Assembly: GCA_003971905.1 (NCBI GenBank)
Contig: RSEE01000002.1
Location: 310,001-374,000 of the forward strand
Direction: 5' to 3'
Length of the DNA stretch: 64,000 nt
Source of the DNA: Moniliella sp. 'wahieum'
Taxonomy: Eukaryota
Below the pieces are notes generated by a model that was not told the DNA's origin, made no database searches, and worked only from the letters and a program-made list of their open reading frames with translations. Shown piece after piece: positions 1 through 11,862 of the stretch. How positions within the stretch are numbered: the stretch's first letter is position 1; the number at the start of each line of letters is the position of its first letter. A program made the position numbers and the translations under genes.

Positions 1-691
1 GGACGCGCCATCCCCCTCCATCTCACGCCGACTATATGCGCCGCCCTCGCCACACGTGCCAATGTCTGTGAATTGACTGCCTCCTAGATCCTACCCCAGG
101 TTTCAATCCCATCACGCCGGTCCGCTGGCCGCATCAGAAGTGACACTAGTGACATGTGAGCGACATGATGCATGAGTCGCCGTTCGTTTAGTACGTTCAT
201 CAACAGCAAAAAACCTCCCACCTCACATACTCGCCGAGATAAAGCAGCATAACGTCAATTAATACTTGACAGAACTCACTTTCTCCACTTCAGTCTTCAG
301 GGCACCTTCAAGCTTCAGAACACTAGGCTGCTAATGAAGCCAGGGCACAACTGTAAAGCCATAGACAACCTGTGGCAACAAATGGACATGTGCATAGGCC
401 GCCATCGTGAGAGATCGGACACAGTGTCCCAGGGAGCAGAACTAGAGTCCTCAATCTAAGACGCAAAGCACACACGTCCGTCATGGAAGCCCCAAGGCCC
501 AAAGGTCCTAGAGTAAGGCGAACCTGTTCCGCATTCGGCATGGGATTGAGAAATCAGTTTTTTGAGAGGGAGAATGGTGAGAAGGGGATGGAAGATGGGA
601 TAGAGAGGGGACATGTCACCCGAGCAAAGAATCGACGAAGAACGGTCTCCGAGCCCAGTTGACCTCCACTCGCACAACGACTGGTAGACGT

Positions 692-1307
692 TTACTTCTT
701 GGCCTTCTCCTCGGCTTCCTTTTTAGCCTGGTGAGCGGCGCGGAAGCCAGCTGGCGGTGAGTGTTGCGGGCGTGGCGAAGAGTCTTGAAGGCCTCAAAGT
801 CCTTCTCCTCCTGGGTGATCGCGCGAGGCTTCTCGGCCACCGTGCCAGCCGGGATGGGGAACGCAGCCGCCACGTTCTCGACCTTGGGGGCCGAGGCAAG
901 ATCAGCGAGCTTGGCGCTCTTGCCCTTGGCCGGGATGACCACACGCTCACGGTACGCCTTGACACGCTCAATGTTGAGACGGAGACCCTCCTCCGAGCGG
1001 TTCTTGCGGCGGTGGTCCACCGAGATACCAATCACGCGAGCGAGCTTCTGGGGGATACCAGCGGCCTTGAGCTCCTCAAGAGTGAACCCACGGCCAGCAC
1101 GCAGTTTGCGGTTGTACTTGAGCGTTGGGCAGCGCACCACGGGGCGGAGCGAGTCAACAGGCTTGAGACCCGAGCGCGCCACCTTCTCAGCGCGCGCATT
1201 GCGCCTGCGCTTCTTGGCACCGGCTGGTCAAACCAGACGTTGACCCGGCGCTGCCAGTCCTTGCGGAAGTGGTTGTTGTGAAGGATGTTGTTGTGACGGA
1301 AACCCAT
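692..1307 (-). CDS. RPL13: 60S ribosomal protein L13 (eL13); frameshifted in this assembly
   Basis: MGFRHNNILHNNHFRKDWQRRVNVWFDQP, LRPVVRCPTLKYNRKLRAGRGFTLEELKAAGI, GISVDHRRKNRSEEGL; C-terminus AKKEAEEKAKK-TAA at 692-694; pieces lie in different frames. Confidence 0.97.
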
Positions 1308-1308
1308 C

Positions 1309-1482
1309 CTGCAAAATCGTCCACGGTCAGTTTCTGCGCGCATCCATCGTCCTCGCTCACAGAACGAGCGGGGCAAGAGCAGCACAACCGGCATGGACTG
1401 TGCTAGTCGCGGCGGATCCGAGACCGACTCTCACCCGCTCCCTGGCCCATCCCCTCACCTGACAACAAGATAGGATACGCAC
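1309..1482 (-). other. 5'UTR intron of RPL13
   Basis: Minus strand CAG|GTGCGT donor at 1482, AACTGAC branch point near 1326-1332, TTTTGCAG|G-ATG acceptor one base before the start codon; possible second donor CAG|GTGAGG at about 1458. Confidence 0.75.
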
Positions 1483-1677
1483 CTGGCTGGTAACGACCTC
1501 TTGGCTGGTGGTTTCCAAAATTGTGAACTGGCCCAGGAGAGCAAGCGACCGGCTCCGCTCTGAGCAGGACCGCCTGCTCGCCAGGCACTGCAGCAGTGCA
1601 AGTGCTTCTTCCTGTCATCAACGGCACGGGGGGACTGTGTAGCTTCCACTTTTTTCCGCCGCGCCGCAGCTTTTTGA

Positions 1678-1687
1678 TTAGGGTTAG
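1678..1687. promoter_or_regulatory. Telo-box (TTAGGGTTAG) upstream of RPL13
   Basis: TTAGGGTTAG next to T-tracts, about 200 bp upstream of the RPL13 intron donor. Confidence 0.45.
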
Positions 1688-2446
1688 AGGTCCCTCTCTG
1701 AATTCGTGTTTGGGTGCCTACTTCGTGCCACGGCTGTCATCGATCATCGTTCTCGCGTTCCAGCTGTGCTAGCCGTCATGATCCTCTCTATACGTTGTGG
1801 CCATCCCCAGGCTGGGCATGGCGGATACAAGGGCCGAAGCCGTTGGAGCGATGGCTGATGAGCGCGCTGAGGATGGCTGTGTGCGAGTGGTGTTACACCA
1901 TCTATGGCATGGCACGGAAGCTTGACGCTGAATCCATCTTGTGCCAAGAATCATGCGGGCGGGGCAATCGTGCGATAGTCTCCTTGTGTCATCCATGTCG
2001 TCCAATGGGCTCATCCAATGACAGACTGGGTGGAAGGACAACGCCGGCGGGAGGTGTGGGCTGAAAGAGGCTGGCAGCTCGGATGCGTATGATTACGTCA
2101 CCGGCTCCCATGCTGAGACTCTGCGACGTGAGAGAACGCCACAGAAGTACGATTTGAAATGTTAATGAGCGTGCGTGGGCGGGGCGACAGCAGACGACAT
2201 CTGGGGCGCAAGCCTCGTCGCCATTTCAATGTTCAATGTTCAACATTCAGTTCAACATTCACTGCGTGTCCCTTTGGGCGTGGGGCCGCAGGGGTGGTGC
2301 GCGTGAAAGAGAAGGAGCGCATGAAAACGGTCGCCTGGGGGCGGCAAGTTGAAAGACATCGAAGATCCCGTATTAATCAGTAGCGTCATCCGCCCCATCC
2401 CCTTCTCCTCCCCAACCCCTCAGCTACCCACCCCCATCTTCCCAAC

Positions 2447-3925
2447 ATGCCCTCGTTCCAAGACCTTCCGCTCGAGAAGGATGTTGTCGTCGTTGGCGCT
2501 GGCTTGTCGGGCGTCGATATGGGCTACCGCCTCCAGACCGAGACGCAGTCCGACTACCTCATCTCGAGGCTCGAGGCGATATTGGTGGCACCTGGGCCTT
2601 GCACCAATACCCGGGCATTCGCTCCGACTCGGACGTCTACACTCTTGGATTCCCCTTCAGTCCTTGGGACAGCGACACAGGCATTGCGCCTGGCGGCGAG
2701 ATTGTCAACTACATCCGCGGCGCCCGCCAAGAACTTTGGCATTGACAAGCGTGTCTACTTCCACACCACGCTTACCGAAGCTGCATGGAACTCCAAGACG
2801 TGCCGTTGGACGTTGACCCTCACCAGCGGAAGAAGAGACCAAAAAGATCTCGACCCGCTTCCTTGCATTTACTACTGGGTACTATGACTTCAAACAAGGA
2901 CTCAAGGCCGACATTCCAGGACTGAGCAACTTCAAGGGTACTTTGTGCACCCCCAGTTTTGGCCCGACGATCTGGACTACACCGGCAAGAAGTTTGTCGT
3001 GATTGGATCGGGGCGACGGCGGTGACGCTTTTGCCCAGCTTGGCACCCAAGGCAGAGCACATCACCATGGTCCAGCGTACGCCGACGTACATGCTCGCCT
3101 TCCCTCGCAAGACGTGGGAGGTGGTGCTGATTCGGCGCCTGTTCCCTCTTCCCATTGCGCATCGGATCATTCGGTTCTACAAAGCAATTCAGTCGTATGC
3201 TTTCTTTTACCTTTGCCAATTCTTCCCGCGTTTGTCACGCTACATTCTCCGTTTGCTCATTTCCTTCCAGCTGCCCAAGCATATTCCGCTCGACCCGCAC
3301 TTTAGCCCGCCGTACAACCCCTGGGACCAGCGCGTATGCCTCGTTCCCGATGGCGATCTGTTCAAGACGCTGCGCGACGGCAAGGCTTCGATCTTCACCG
3401 GCACCATCAAGACGTTTACTGAGGATTCTATCGTCATGGCGAATGGCGAGACAGCTAAGGCAGACATTGTGGTGACGGCAACAGGACTCAAAGTCCAAAT
3501 GTACGGCGGAGTGACACTCAAGGTTGACGGTGAAGTGGTAGATGTGGCCAAGCGGACGATGTACAACGGTACATTCCTTGAGGGTGTGCCCAACTCGAGT
3601 CTCTCGTTTGGTTACACCAATGCCTCTTGGACTTTGGGCGCAGATGTTTCGGCACTGTACGTGTGCAAGGCTCTCAAGTACATGGCCAAGAACACGTACG
3701 ATGCCTTTTACCCCCGCCTCAACCCCGCGGATGGGGTCAACCCGGCACCGATGCTCAACCTCAAGTCCAACTACATTCGCCAAGCAGAGAAGGATGCCCC
3801 ACGCAGGAGACAAGGGTCCCTGGCGCTCCAAGGCCTTCTGGCCGACAGACTACCTACGCGCCATTGCTAGTCCCTTTGGCAACTCGCTCGTTTTCCTCAA
3901 CTCGGAAAAGAAGACGATCGCATAG
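2447..3925 (+). CDS. Flavin-containing monooxygenase, EthA-type Baeyer-Villiger monooxygenase; no evident introns; frameshifted
   Basis: [11 protein letters not shown]ossmann motif; [25 protein letters not shown](S)GATAVTLLP (FxGxxxHxxxWP fingerprint plus second Rossmann motif); [49 protein letters not shown]. Confidence 0.93.
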
Positions 3926-4365
3926 GTTTCTTCTCTTCTGTGCCATGCTCTTTCTACACACAAATGCTCTTCTTGCTCTCTGCTATCTCTTGTCTTCTTT
4001 TAGTATACTATGCTAGTGTGTCCCTACTAGGCGTCCCAGCATATTCGTGATCTTCTCTTACAAGCCACCGGCCACCCCCGGTGGCTGCTATAATGCTCCT
4101 GCGCTCAGGCTCGTATTCAGGTCAATACGGTTACCACACAATGAGTTAGTGCGATGCGTCTTTAGCGTTGAAGAAATTAATTGTGATCAAAGAGAACCCC
4201 AAAAGGTGAGTTGCAGGTGATGCGCGTGATGATGGATGGTCGATGGTGGGGTTATCTTAGGACCGCACACCGAGCACCTCGGAAGGTTGGACAGCTGCTC
4301 TTATCATGCATCACAACTTGATTATCGATATTATCGCGTAGAAGCTTTAATAAAGCTTGATGTGC

Positions 4366-4430
4366 CTTGAAGCTTGAAGCTTGAAGCTAGCTTGGAGCTT
4401 GGATCAGAGCTTGGAGCTTAAAGCTTAGCC
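4366..4430. repeat. (TGAAGCT)n heptamer array and degenerate AGCT copies
   Basis: ttgaagcttgaagcttgaagctagcttggagcttgg... Confidence 0.85.
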
Positions 4431-5651
4431 CGTCCCTAGCAGAGGAAGTACTCAGCACGTCCAGTACTCAGTCACTAGGCACTAGTCACTCTGCTCCGCG
4501 GAACCCTCCTCGGCCATATAGAAGGCCCTACCGGCCATATAGCCTGTTCTCATCGATCTCATATCAGAGCCTCCTGTACCTCCCTCAGCACCGCCTCTTC
4601 CATTCTCCCCTTTCCCCTGCCCCAGGGGAATGGTACAATACCTCAGGACACGCAACTTTTTGTCAATTCCTATGACAAGCACATCACCAGCACTTCTTCG
4701 CCGGCTATCTCCCCCAAGTGTGGACGGCAGTTGGTCGCCCACGTCACGCGAGGACCTGCTGTCGCCGGGGCGCGATGGCGCGATGGCGCGATGGCAGGGC
4801 AATAAGGGTGCGACGGAGGCCGGAGCGGAGCTATAGGATCTGCGCGAATTGTGCGACCTGTGTGATCTGCGTGGTCTGTGCGAGAACCCTTCCAATTCAT
4901 AGTAGTCATCGATCATCGTCGGACACACCACGCCGCCATATGCACTTCACGAACGCTTGCATCAGCACTGTGCACTGTACCCCGCCGCTCCTCGCCAACG
5001 CGCCATCAGGCTCGCTCCACTGCAATACCCTGCGGCCTGCCAAGGCAGCTATGCCCGACATGTGTCCTTTCTGTGAGCCAGTGGACCTGTGGCACCCCCA
5101 CAAGCTTGCGCCAAGGCTGAGTACACTTAGTACTACACTTAGTACGTATAGGCAATTTAATTGAGGGCTTAAAACAAAAATACGAGTGCGCGCGTCGTCT
5201 TTGCCGGAATAACCTGATCTGTGTCAGACAAAAACACCGGAGTTCCGGCGAAACTGGCCCCACAAAAAAGTCAGGAACTCCCCAAAACGCCGATGTGGTC
5301 GGCCCGAGGTCAATTGACACAAAGCCCCAACGCCCGGATTCCCAGCAGTTGTGTAGGCTGGAGTAAATGTGGTCAAAGTTCTGACACAGCGGAGGTGCAT
5401 TCTTGAGGCAATAATGAGATGCATGATGTCCAGAAGAGCTCCTTTACAGTATTCACGTCGAACTCCTCTATATACATATTCGCCAGAACCCCTACACTTC
5501 AATTGTGGGGCACCAGCAAAAACACCCTGCATAGCTCAGCGGGATACATAGAGAATGCACAATGAAGGCTCCCGAGTCTCCGTTGTGGCTGAGTTGCTGG
5601 GTCCTTTTGGTAGGGGTTCAGAAGTCCATTCAACTCCGTATAATGACTTCC

Positions 5652-5665
5652 TATATAAAAAAAAA
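5652..5665 (+). promoter_or_regulatory. TATA box of the secreted-protein gene
   Basis: CTATATAAAAAAAAA about 85 bp upstream of ATG 5739. Confidence 0.6.
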
Positions 5666-5738
5666 GATCCTGCATGCCTCTCCTCTCCTCTCCACCTGCA
5701 TCGCCTCCTCCCGCTGCTTCAAGTCCCACCACACAAAC

Positions 5739-6475
5739 ATGAAGACCGCCTTCCTCGCATCGATGCTCGCCATCGCTCCCTACACCTTGGTATCCGCTGC
5801 TAGCGCGCGCTCTGCGCAACAGACCAAGACTTGGGGTCCTGCCGACCTGCTTCTACTCGACTCGACGGGTACGAAGAACCACTCTGTTTCTTTCAATGGC
5901 TACCGTGACTCGCTCGGCTACCAAGTTTTGACGGAGCAGGGGGCCAATGGCGGACCAACCCGCTTCGAAGAGTTTTACTTCCATGCGGACTACTACCACG
6001 ACGATGTTCGTGGCTCACTCCTGACTGGATTGGGTCACCTCGAAAGTGCGGAAACTCCCGGCCGTTGCATTACCGCGCGCACCGTCGATACGCAGGGAAG
6101 CACCACCCACTTTGATGCTGCTCCTTGCGCCACCTCTAGTTCCGACTCGAACTATGAAGCCCAGCAATTCCATATCAATGGGCACAAGATCGCAACCCCT
6201 TCCGGCAGCGCCAATAACGCTTACGGACTCAACGCCATTTCCTTCGAAGGCACGGCTCAGTACACCTACTCCTGGACCATTGATGAGGCATCAGGTACGT
6301 GTTGTGCTCTATTCTTCCTACGACATTTATATACGCCTGTTGTGTTGTATCCTCTGCTGACACCGTCAATCTTCTCGATGCCATGATGTAAATAGGCCAT
6401 AAGACCGTGCAGGCCGGCAAGAACGTTGACGGCGGCAATTCTACCCTGTACTTTGACACGGTGATTTATGCGTGA
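5739..6475 (+). CDS. Small secreted protein (about 210 aa), possibly ricin-B/beta-trefoil-like; one intron 6295-6395
   Basis: CAAAC-ATG start; signal peptide MKTAFLASMLAIAPYTLVSA; PGRCITA...FDAAPCA...QQFH; intron GTACGT..GCTGAC..AATAG splices in frame to GHKTVQAGKNVDGGNSTLYFDTVIYA-TGA. Confidence 0.8.
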
Positions 6476-6539
6476 GAGAAAAGCCCATCCCTTTGGCCTG
6501 GACCAGCCTGGATCTCTTCCCTCCGCGCAGCCCTCCGTC

Positions 6540-7010
6540 TCACTTAGTACTGACCACAGTACTACTGAATACTGAGTACCACTTGTTACATGTCACATGT
6601 CACATAGTAGGCAAGTGACTAGTGGCTGTTACATTGTTACATGTTACAGTTGAATAATAGCACTTGTTGACAATTACATGTCGACTGTTAGCCTGAGGTC
6701 TGAGGGCCTGACATGTTGACAAGTGACAGTATGACAGGTGGAATGCGTGTGACAGGTGACAGGTGACATGACTAGTGACTAGTGACTAGTGAAGCTAGTG
6801 ACCTAGTGACCTGTGACACTAGTGACATAGAACAAGTGACATGCATGACATGCATAACATCCCTCGCGCTACAAAATGACTATAGCTAGCAGCTATAGTC
6901 GAGTGGTGTATATTGGTTTACACACATAATATTGCTTTTTGTACTACAAGGTACTGAGGAATGAATTTTGAGTATTGAGTCTGTGGCCTGACTGAGTACT
7001 GAGTTCCTGA
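6540..7010. repeat. Low-complexity tract of TGA/TCA/TTA-spaced palindromes (CATG, CTAG, GTAC)
   Basis: TTA-CATG-TCA-CATG-TCA (6586-6602); TGA-(CTAG-TGA)x3 (6769-6792); TGA-GTAC-TGA (6993-7002). Confidence 0.8.
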
Positions 7011-8199
7011 GGACGTCGTATTGGGGACTGAGTCTGAGGCCGCAGGATCAAAGGTGGCATTGGTGCTTTTACGCACTGACACGGCTGTGGCACTCTGAGT
7101 GGCTGAGCAAATATCCACATCCCGCGCAGACAAGGGGATCATCAATGTGTATCACATACATATCATGCATCGTGTCATTAATCTGATACATCGCGGGTCT
7201 CGGACCTAGGTGGATCTCCCGAGGGCGCGCGAGGCGGTCTATACGTCGCCAACCAAATATATATTGGCCACCGCGGGTTTAGCTCGGGGCAACAGAAGGG
7301 TGAAGTCGAGATGTGAGAGTCGGGTTTAACGTTTAGAGTTAAAATCCAAGAGCTGAGACGTTGGGCGTTTTTAGAGCGACTTCTCGATGATTCAACAGCC
7401 TCAAAAGCCTGTTGTGTTTGTTGACCGTTGAGGACTTTGTGGCCTAGTGGAGCTCTGGGGACCTGAGGCCTTAGGGCCGCGGATGCCTTGAGGATGCGCT
7501 GTTAAGATGTTAAACCGCTCACCTTGCGGCCTCATCGACCATCGTTGAGCTGATGCGCGAGCTCGCCTACAAGTGTCGATGAGCCTTTTAGGCCTTACTT
7601 CATAAATCTTATACACCTTGGCCTTAGGCCTTACGGTCGCTCGACGGAGCGGAAAAGGAAGGGCCCAGAAGGCAAAGTGGAAAAACGAGTTGGATCGAGT
7701 AGACTACGGGCTTGCTGAGCAGGCTTTATGTTGGGACAAGGGAGAGGGAGAGACGACAAATGAAGAAGTAAAGAGAAGAAACCCAATGTGTACATCTAGA
7801 TTGGAGCAATAGCAGGGAAGGAAGCAGAAGACGTGAACAACCGAAAGGACATTATATATGCCGATCCAGGGCCCGTGCCAGGCCATGCACGCATCATATG
7901 CGTGTGGCCATGGGGGCAAGGCCCCGCGATCATCGATCACCCCCCATCAGGATAAAGACAAAGGGGGGCAGGGGGAGACAGAGCAAGCGAGAGGGGATGT
8001 GAGAGCACAGTTGGAGCGGGGGCGGCGGGCGAGAAGAGCAAGTCATTGTCGATAGAAGAAGGATCAACAGGCCAAAAACGGCAATGATAAATGGCACGCG
8101 CGCCAGAACTGTGGTATCGGGTGCGGACCGGAAACGAGTGCAGTGGGTGGGCAAGGGAGGAGGGAGGGGGCACAAAGCGCCACAAGACCGCGACGAGAA

Positions 8200-9993
8200 A
8201 ATCAAGGTCAAGGAAAGGAAATGAGCACGGCAGGCACATTGTGCTCCCTGTCGACCACCTCATGCCCACTTGGGCGTCATTGAGATGGGCGAGCCTTGCT
8301 GTGGGAACTTGAGCAGACCCTGGTTGTGGGACTGAGAGTGACCGGAGAGAGATAGACGGGGCAGGGGTGAGGACATTGGGGGTGAGTATGTCTGTCGAAG
8401 ACGTACGCGCAGAGAAAGAGCTTGCGGAGGAGTAGGACAGACGCGGGACCTCCCCTACGCTGGGCCCTGTGCTACTGCGTGAAGCCGAGGGGGGGTAGGC
8501 ACTGTGATATCCCCCAGCTGAGGAGGAGGAACGAGGAGTGTAGCCTGTCCCATTGGATGGCCGGGCGGGGGAGATGGAGGCACGGTGAGTGGAGACGCGA
8601 GACGTGCGTGTAGTGGCAGTGACCGGAGGTGCACCAATTGTTGAGGCACGGGATGAGCGGGGCGGGATCGAGAGGGGATCCTTCATCCCCGCGGCGTATC
8701 CGGGCACACTGTACGTCCGCACCGGTTCCAGCTGACGGGCTTGGGGAGAGCTGCCGGGGGCATATAAGCTGGGACCCCCAGGTTGCTGCTCGGGCGAGGT
8801 CACGACGGTATGGACTGGGGCCGAGAGTCTCCAGTCGGACCGGGACTGGGGCGGTCCACTAGCCTTGGGTAATTCCACGGCCCCACTCCCCACCGTTGAT
8901 GACGAACTGACCCGGGGTGAGCGCGGGGCAACGCAGGCAAGGTAGAGATAGTGTTCCAGGTTGGTGGAGGGGTTTTTCAGGGACTTGGAAAACGCTGCTA
9001 GCTCGTCGGCGTCAACATTGACGTTGTAGTTGAGAAAACCAAACAGTTCGCGCTCCATGTGGTTGATCTCTTCGAGAGAAAAGAGGCCCTGGCCCACAAT
9101 GGCCCAGCTCTTGTTGCTGTACGTGTCGTCACAGATCGACTTGCTGGCAAGCATCATGGCGCTAATGAAGAGCGGGTGACCACGGCTCCCACGTGCGGCG
9201 GGGAAGTGTTGTTTGAGGCGCTTGAGAAGATAGAGAGTTTGGAAAGTCACCTCCTCGGGTAGACGGGTGCGATAAAGCGCATAGGCCACGAATTGAGCCA
9301 ATTGAGGGGCAGCCTTTTGGGAGGCGCCTACCTTCGGTTCGGTTCCGTCTTGATTGGAGCTGGGGCAGCTAAACAGGAGGTTGACAACCCGTTCACACAA
9401 AAGGGAAATATCTGCAGCGGCGCCAGAAAGAGAGGGGGTCAGCGTCAGCGCAGCTCAGCCTGAGCGCTCGAGTCAAGCCAGGGAGAGAGAGGACGAGGGG
9501 GCAGTTGCCCCGAAGAGTCTCCGAGCAAGGCGAGTTTTAAGCCAGCGAGGATCGGGAGCACAGCACAACACATCTCTACAGTGCATTTCGTGCTTGATAG
9601 CAGAGCAGGAAAAAGAAGAAAGAGCACGCACCCCTGAATCCGTAGTAAGGATCGTAGTCACGCTTGCAATCAGACTTGCCTGCCGACGAGGCCTGGGCAA
9701 AGGTCGATGAGGATGATGGGCGAGTGGCCTTAGGAGCTCGCGAGGCCTTTTCCGACATGGCTGTTGGACGTGGAGAGGGGTGGAGACAGACATGGCGGAT
9801 GTATCGCGCCGATGGAAGAAGCTGCGAGCCATGGAGGCGGCGGTCCGGCTGTTGTGGCGGTGGCGGTGGCAGCAGCGGCGGCGGCCACGGTGGTCACACT
9901 GGCGCTGGAGCGTGCTGAAGTACTGGCTTGGCGGACCCGGCGGACGGTTGACGAGCCTCGTACAGCCCAGCCCGGTACAGAGGCAGTAGCCAT
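8200..9993 (-). CDS. Pcl/Pho80-family cyclin (Clg1-like); intron about 9412-9631; 3' end approximate
   Basis: DYDPYYGFR|DISLLCERVVNLLFSCP; LAQFVAYALYRTRLPEEVTFQTLYLLKRLK; LFISAMMLASKSICDDTYSNKSWAIVGQGLFSLEEINHMERELFGFLNYNVNV cyclin box; Ser/Pro-rich tail. Confidence 0.9.
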
Positions 9994-10479
9994 GTGAGTA
10001 AGTGAGGGGTGGGCGGCGTTGGTGACAGCGTGTGGATGGTGGGTGTGGAGTGGAGAAATGCGCGGGCGCAAGAGTTGGACTTCAGCGAGAGGGTGATGAT
10101 CGATGCACGTTGAACGCTCGTTGAACTGGTGCTAGTGCCAACGGTGGGCGAGTTACATGCATTACAGGGGTGCCGGCGAGTATACAGAGTTGAGACCTGT
10201 TGCGACCCTGTACTCAGACCAAGCCCAACTCAACCGAGTTACTGAGTTACTGAGTGCCACTTTTGCATGGGAGTACGCAGACTGAATATGGTTCAGCGGG
10301 CTGAGGCGCTGAGGGCGAGGGGCCTGCGGCTCATGCCTGAGGCCTGGGAGCATAGACACATTCGTCGGGCGCAGGCACCGGCGCCGCCATATGTATCACC
10401 GCAAGTTCATACGTTCAGGGTACGTTCAGAAAACACTGTCCTGCCGCTCTGTGGGTCATTTGGCGCTATTTGTAGCTCT

Positions 10480-10575
10480 CGAAGCTTGAAGCTTGAAGCT
10501 TGAGGCCTTGAAGCTTGAGCTTGAGGCCCGAGGCTTGAAGCTTGAAGAGCTTGAAGCTTGAAGCTCTTGAAGCTA
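10480..10575. repeat. (GAAGCTT)n heptamer array with GAGGCC variants
   Basis: gaagcttgaagcttgaagcttgaggccttgaagcttgagcttgaggcccgaggcttgaagcttgaagagcttgaagcttgaagc. Confidence 0.9.
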
Positions 10576-11254
10576 GGCGCTAGGCTTGCGGTCTCCAGCG
10601 CGGATCATCAATCATCGATGGGGATCATGCATTCTTGTGGGACGTCGCATGTGCTTGGTCCAACAACTTGCCCACCTGGCCACGCCGAAGCTAGGTGCCC
10701 ATCTCAGTTCTCAGTGCTCGCTCACAGCTCACAGATCACAACGGCGAGTTCACCTGAGCGATGTGGTCGGCACGCCCCAAAGGCGGTCCTCTTGTGCTCT
10801 GCTTTCATGGCCACGCTACCAACCGCTCACCGCCGAGGGAAGAGGGGGACGGCGCTGCTTGTTGTCATGAATGTCTCATTAATCATGCATCATGTATCAC
10901 CGACACACCAACAGTCGGCCAGGACCAGAGACAGCCATGCCCTGCTATACCCTGTGGACGGGCACATAGGATTCGTGCGTTTGTGCGCATGTGAGCGCTG
11001 AGCATGTGAGCACCGAAGTGGGGCGTTGGTGGCTTCCTTTTGGCTTGCAATTAGCACATTAGCTTTCCGCTCGGGAGCGTCCACACGTAGCTATTTGCCA
11101 GTTGCCGGTTACCGGTTACCGCGTATAGCCTGGTTTCTGCCTGTTCCTGCCCAACGAGGTACTGTGTGGCTGCTGGTTAGGCTACTGGGTTAAAGTGATT
11201 AGGGTTATTAATATTGCCGGTTAGGCCGAAGGGCTTTGGTAGCTTTGACCTAAG

Positions 11255-11295
11255 CCTTGGGCCTTGGGCCTTGGGCCTTGGGCCTTGGCCCTGAG
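11255..11295. repeat. (GGGCCTT)n heptamer array
   Basis: gccttgggccttgggccttgggccttgggccttggccc. Confidence 0.9.
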
Positions 11296-11535
11296 GCCGG
11301 ATTCTCCCGAGACGGGTGGCCTGAGTGCGCTCAGGCGCCCAGCCCAGTACAGGTCAAACTGGTCCTATCGACCTCTATAACTCTTGCGATAAAAAGCGGG
11401 GCGTGAGAAAATCAGGAGCGGGATCAGTCGATGATCATCCATCAGATCGTTCAACGGTTCAACGCCCAGAGGCCCTGGGGCCTGGCTTCAAGCTAGCTTC
11501 AAGCTTCAGAGCTTCAGGGCTTTTGTGGCTCCTAA

Positions 11536-11605
11536 TGATTAATGACTAGCTTGACTAGCTAGTGTTGAACGTTAAACGTTGAACGTGTTCAACGTTGAAC
11601 GTTGA
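11536..11605. repeat. Heptamer array with TTAA, CTAG and ACGT spacers
   Basis: tgattaatgactag...tgaacgttaaacgttgaacgtgttcaacgttgaacgttga. Confidence 0.85.
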
Positions 11606-11862
11606 CTACCTTGACTGGGACTACCATGGCGACCCTCTTTGGATTGCCTTTTTTGCCCTGGACTACGTCATATGTTGCACGTTTTTGTCCCTGAGTTTCT
11701 CAGCTCCACCCTATTATCGGCCTTACTGGTTACCGGTTACCATACTTTGCGTGAGAAATGTGTTTCCCTCTCCTGTTCTCTCGACAGCCTCATCGAGTAT
11801 CGACATCCATCTTGCAGCGTTGAGGTTCAACTATTACGTGTTCAACTTGAATTGTTCGGCGT

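Noticed and set aside
1678..1687. CTAACCCTAA on the minus strand as a telomerase RNA template
   Set aside because: It lies just upstream of RPL13 with no room for a long RNA on that strand and no pseudoknot seen; a promoter telo-box is simpler.
4482..5164. ORFs of 149 and 148 aa with a GGCGCGAT triple repeat
   Set aside because: Low-complexity translations with no motif or other support for coding.
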